Assembly: GCA_918797485.1 (NCBI GenBank)
Contig: CAKKNE010000004.1
Span: 3,968,001 to 4,032,000 of the forward strand
From: Pelagomonas calceolata
Taxonomy: Eukaryota
Direction: 5' to 3'
DNA length: 64,000 nt
Shown: piece after piece, positions 60,422 through 64,000 of the stretch
How positions within the stretch are numbered: position 1 is the first letter of the stretch
Layout of the letters: every line of letters begins with the position of its first letter
Made by a program: the position numbers and the translations under genes
Notes under the pieces: model-generated
What the model saw: the letters and a program-made list of their open reading frames with translations, nothing else
Database searches by the model: none
What the model was told of the DNA's origin: nothing

Positions 60422-61168
60422 TTAGTCCTGGCGCGTCTCGATGGCCTTCTTCTTCTCGTCGGCCAGTTTCGTAATTTTTTTCGAGGCCTCGTCGACCATC
60501 TCGTCGATCGCGCTCTTCTTCGCGCGGACGTCGTCCTCGGAGACGCCTCCGCTCGCCTTCTTCAGCCGGTCGTGCGCGTCCCTCCTATGATTCCGCGCGC
60601 GCTTCTTCGCCTCCTCGGCGGCGGCCCCGGCGGCCTTGGCCAGCGCGCCGCGCTGCTCCTTCGACGGCCGCGGGATCGGCACGACGACGTCGCCGCCGGA
60701 CACGTTCGGGTTCAGGCTGAGGCCCTCGATGTCGGCCACGGCCTTGGCGACGGCTGGCGCGAGCTGCGGGTCGAAGCACGAGATGCGCACCAACGTGGGC
60801 GACGCGACGGCGACGTGCGCGACCGTGGCGAGCGGCTGGCGGTCGCCGTAGGCCTCGACCGCGCACGCGTCGAAGAGCTCCGCGTTGACGTCGCCGCCGC
60901 GCATGGTTTTCAGAGTTGTCTCGAGCTGCGTTATTGTCTTGTCGAGGCCCGCTATCAGGGGCGCGTCGAACAGCTCGGCGAAGATGTCCACAGCGTCATC
61001 CGTCGCGGGCGCCGCCTCCACGGGTTGTTTGCCTTTCCCTTTTTTTTTCTTTTTTGCAAAACTGCGCTGCACCGTGGTGACGACGGGCGGTCGCCGCTGC
61101 AGACGCTGCAGACATGCGGCTGTTCGCGTCGAATGTTGCAGCAGGCGTGCCGTGCGTGCGAGCAGCAT
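60422..61168 (-). CDS. MRRF: Ribosome recycling factor, probably mitochondrial
   Basis: V.AYG...PL..VA.V, FDP, L.LNP, VPIPRPSKEQR, ARNHRRDA, VSEDD; Arg-rich presequence. Confidence 0.88.
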   Translation of the reverse strand: MLLARTARLLQHSTRTAACLQRLQRRPPVVTTVQRSFAKKKKKGKGKQPVEAAPATDDAVDIFAELFDAPLIAGLDKTITQLETTLKTMRGGDVNAELFDACAVEAYGDRQPLATVAHVAVASPTLVRISCFDPQLAPAVAKAVADIEGLSLNPNVSGGDVVVPIPRPSKEQRGALAKAAGAAAEEAKKRARNHRRDAHDRLKKASGGVSEDDVRAKKSAIDEMVDEASKKITKLADEKKKAIETRQD

Positions 61169-61250
61169 TGTCTGGAAGGCAGCACTCGAGTGTTATCGAT
61201 CTCAAGAGCTTGCAGGGCGTGCCAAGCTGTTTTTGCATTATTTGTGCTAT

Positions 61251-61271
61251 CTAGCGAGACAGAGGTACTAG
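61251..61271 (-). promoter_or_regulatory. Degenerate CTAG-bounded motif (CTAGTACCTCTGTCTCGCTAG)
   Basis: Same length and ends as the consensus; between divergent starts 61168(-) and 61450(+). Confidence 0.4.
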
Positions 61272-61449
61272 AGCATAGCCGGCGCTGGACGGCGCTGTGC
61301 TGGTACTGCGTGATTACGTCGCGAGAACAAGCTTGGGTGAGCGATGGGGTTCAGGCATCGTGCCCGACGACGGTACTGAGCGCGGGCAGCCGAACGAACC
61401 GCTGCGTAACTCATACAGACCACCTACGCCACCGACGCGTGAGTAAACG

Positions 61450-61893
61450 ATGAACGAGGGCCGCCTCAAGGAGTGCTGGGAGCGGACGAAGGACAACGGC
61501 GTACTGTGTCGGGCGGGGTGCATCATTTGCATCATGGCCCCGTGCATCGAGCCGTGTCTGTTCTGCTGCCCCGCGGGCGAGCCCATTAAAATTGAACGGG
61601 AGGATCCGAACCGTCCCGACTGGCTCGTGAAGATCCCGAACCCGGACTTCCCGAAGAAGGCCCTGTGGGCCATCGACGAAGGGGCCTGTAGGGACTGGGA
61701 GATGGGCAAGGACATGAGCAAGTGGGAGCGCAAGTACGCCCCTAAAAAGGAGGTCAAGATCGCACCAGAGCCGGAAGAAAAAGAAGATATTTCGAAATTA
61801 TCGCATTACGAGCGGCGGAAGCGCGCGATCCAGGCCGGGCATGAATTAGGAGTGAACGAGGGCGCGACGGACGACCAGGTAACGAGTGGGTAG
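61450..61893 (+). CDS. Small hypothetical protein with Cys-rich N-terminal segment
   Basis: 147-aa ATG ORF; LCRAGCIICIMAPCIEPCLFCC. Confidence 0.6.
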   Translation: MNEGRLKECWERTKDNGVLCRAGCIICIMAPCIEPCLFCCPAGEPIKIEREDPNRPDWLVKIPNPDFPKKALWAIDEGACRDWEMGKDMSKWERKYAPKKEVKIAPEPEEKEDISKLSHYERRKRAIQAGHELGVNEGATDDQVTSG

Positions 61894-62023
61894 TTTTCAC
61901 TTTATCCCGGGTCCTTCCTTCGCACGAGTACTTAGAACGTGCGTCGCGCGGGGGGAGCGCGGGGAACTGTTGGCTGGGATCGGTCCAACGGGACTTGGGG
62001 GGATAGGGCTCAGCCGCTCAGCC

Positions 62024-62365
62024 TCAGCGCGTCTTGCGCTTGCTCTTCTTCTTGCTCTCGCCCTTGTACGCGGCCTTGAAGAGGCCGGTACCTAAAACGG
62101 CGCCGAGCGCGGGGCCGGCCCAGTAGACGGCGATGGTCGCGGACTTGCCCGCGACGACGGAGAGCATGCTGACGGCGGGGTTGAATGCGCCGCCCGAGAC
62201 GCCGCCGACCGTCGCCGCGGCGACGACGACGGCGAAGCCGATGGCGATGCCGAAGTAGTCGTTGTCCTTCGTGTCGTCGACGGTGGCGACGGAGAGCACC
62301 GTGAAGCAGAGCAGCGCCGTGCCGACGAACTCGACGAAGAGCTTCTGTTGGAGCGACGGAGCCAT
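62024..62365 (-). CDS. Half-size major intrinsic protein (aquaporin hemipore), 113 aa
   Basis: VEFVGT helix, GIAIGF helix, SGGAFNPAVS loop, YWAGPALGA helix; only one NPA. Confidence 0.85.
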   Translation of the reverse strand: MAPSLQQKLFVEFVGTALLCFTVLSVATVDDTKDNDYFGIAIGFAVVVAAATVGGVSGGAFNPAVSMLSVVAGKSATIAVYWAGPALGAVLGTGLFKAAYKGESKKKSKRKTR

Positions 62366-62719
62366 CAGTGTGGTTTTAGAGCTTTCTGGGCTTGTGACGA
62401 CGGTGAAGCGCGGGCGATTTTGCGCGCGCGGAGGTTCTCGATAGCTTTTTGCTGAGACTGTTTCTACTTTCCGGCTTTCTCGTGGCTAGCGAGCGAGCGC
62501 GGGCGACCGGCAAATGAGTGAATAGATGCAACGACGCGATGGACGCGCGCGGGCGATGTTTTGCGCAAGCACGTGCGCCCAAAAAGCCCAGTGAGAGTGG
62601 CATGAATGGTGAGCCCCAGCTCGGGGAGACGCCGCATTTATACAACAGGCGCATTAGTCGCGCACTAGATATTGACAAACTCATTAGTTCACACAGCAAG
62701 AGAGAATCGAGCGACAGTC

Positions 62720-62780
62720 GCGCGCGGGGTCGGGCGCCCGGAGTTTCGAGAACCTCCGGGCGCCGTCATGGACGCGCACC
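62720..62780 (-). promoter_or_regulatory. SECIS element in the selenoprotein 3' UTR
   Basis: Minus strand reads ATGAC-GGCGCCCGGAG-GTTCTCGAAA-CTCCGGGCGCC-CGAC: AUGA/GA core, perfect 11-bp helix II, lower helix GTGCGCG/CGCGCGC. Confidence 0.85.
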
Positions 62781-62787
62781 ACGTCGC

Positions 62788-63411
62788 TCACTTCTCGACG
62801 CTGACGGCCTCGACGCCGACGACCGTTTCTATTTCCGGCAGGGCGGCGAGCAGCTCCTCCGTCGGCGGGTGGTCGCCGATCTCGGCCTCGGCGTGGGCGT
62901 AGTACGGCTTGCCGCCCGTCTGTACCACATAGACGCCGCCGTGGACAAATCCCTCGCCGTCCAAATTACCTTTGTCGTCCTTGGCACGCTTGGCATTCTT
63001 GGAGAGGCGCGACCACGGGTTGGCAATCTTGGCCAGGACCGACGCCAGAGAGCTCTTGTTGGCCTTGCCGCCGCCTAAGGCGTTGTAGAACGCCCGCGGC
63101 TCGTCGAGGTACACAGGCGCGTCGGGCCAGCAGTAGTCACGGAAGGCCTGGACCTCGCTTACCTCTGCCCCGTGAAATGTTTTGTCCTCCTTGACGATGG
63201 CGTGTAGCTGAGCGCCCTTCGCCTCGAAGTCGCTCTTCCGCGCGTAGACCCGCTTGGCCTCCGCGCGGCAGATATGTCAGCCGGGGCGTCGCGCGACGAA
63301 GATGACCGCCGACGACTTCGCCCAGAGCTCCGACGCGGCGAAGGTGCTCTTGTGGCCCGTGAGGTCCACTAATAGAGCGCTGCCCGGCGGCGCGAGGGGG
63401 GCTTTCACCAT
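62788..63411 (-). CDS. Peroxiredoxin-like (PRXL2/SelU, AhpC-TSA_2) selenoprotein, 207 aa; Sec at TGA 63279-63277
   Basis: Reading through the in-frame TGA gives ARRPG-U-HICRAEA (family RRPGCxxCR motif) and joins in frame to VYLDEPRAFYNALG...GNLDGEG...GGVYVV...GDHP; SECIS downstream. Confidence 0.9.
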
Positions 63412-63623
63412 GCTGCTAAGCGTGCGGGCGGAGAGGACGCGCGCCGTGACGGTGTGAGGCAAGTTCCCAGAGTGTCGAGCTGTGGCACCGGACGGCAAGA
63501 CAGGGCGCAGCCGCAGCGGTGCTCTACAAGCCGTGGAGGTCTCCTAGCAGCGGCGCGGTCACACAGAGCCCTGCACTCTGCTGTGTTCGCAATGCAAAAA
63601 AAAACGCGTCATTGATAATCGCG

Positions 63624-63645
63624 CTAGCGTCATGTAACACACTAG
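63624..63645 (-). promoter_or_regulatory. CTAG-bounded motif copy (CTAGTGTGTTACATGACGCTAG)
   Basis: Between divergent starts 63411(-) and 63853(+). Confidence 0.7.
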
Positions 63646-63852
63646 AAAATCAAGCCAGCTGCTAAAAACGAGTCGTAGCGCGCTGACGCAGGTTAGCGTT
63701 GCACGAAGGACGCCCTAGAGGGACCTCATCTTGTAGACTTGCCCCATACGGGAATTACAATTGTCTCCGACCGCCGTAGCAGCAGCGCCAGCAAAGGCTC
63801 TCCGACAGCCACCAAGAGAGCAAGCCGCGCGCGATCGTACGCATCCACACTC

Positions 63853-64000
63853 ATGGCGGCCGACGACGAGAAAACCGTGATAAAACAACTCCTAGACGCC
63901 GACGCCGACGGCAAGCTGACCTTCGAGGACGCGAAAGCGATCGCCGCCAAGATGGCCGCGAGCGCCCGGAAGCGAATCGTGACGTTACTCGACGAAGACG
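63853..64000 (+). CDS. EF-hand-like protein, 5' part; runs off window
   Basis: ATG at 63853; LLDADADGKLTFED loop; frame open to window end. Confidence 0.6.
   Translation, partial: MAADDEKTVIKQLLDADADGKLTFEDAKAIAAKMAASARKRIVTLLDED

Noticed and set aside
60092..61453. 453-aa plus-strand ORF
   Set aside because: Mostly antisense to the RRF gene; no recognisable motifs
37285..63411. Selenium gene cluster (eEFSec plus selenoprotein)
   Set aside because: About 23 kb and many unrelated genes apart; chance co-occurrence is plausible in a selenoprotein-rich genome

Overview
Gene-dense, GC-rich eukaryotic nuclear DNA, not a prokaryote. About 40 compact genes, many in head-to-head pairs, some split by short spliceosomal introns. 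Gene content (flagellar CFAP46, plastid-type signal peptides, selenoprotein machinery) and the TIR/TSD-bearing introns point to a pelagophyte alga such as Pelagomonas or Aureococcus (inference, not verified). Recognisable genes include PIF1 helicase, citrate synthase, CFAP46, an ERI1-like exonuclease, AFG1, eEFSec/SelB, a CCR4-like EEP protein, mitochondrial RRF and a UGA-recoded UxxC selenoprotein with a SECIS. Highlights: (1) a 20-22 bp CTAG-bounded motif, CTAGTGT(C/G)TTACA-N1-3-CGCTAG, in about 14 intergenic copies, almost all just 5' of genes; (2) a stand-alone half-size aquaporin with three TM helices and one NPA; (3) an introner family with 8-bp TSDs at several stages of decay, including GC-AG introns; (4) a ~955 bp element with 184-bp direct repeats and an internal tRNA-iMet-like PBS that joins two 5'-truncated genes; (5) eEFSec with a duplicated domain IV and a triplicated 5' leader; (6) a diverged but open duplicate of an AAA gene's last exon. 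Splice sites and family assignments were read by eye and by motif recognition; no searches were run.
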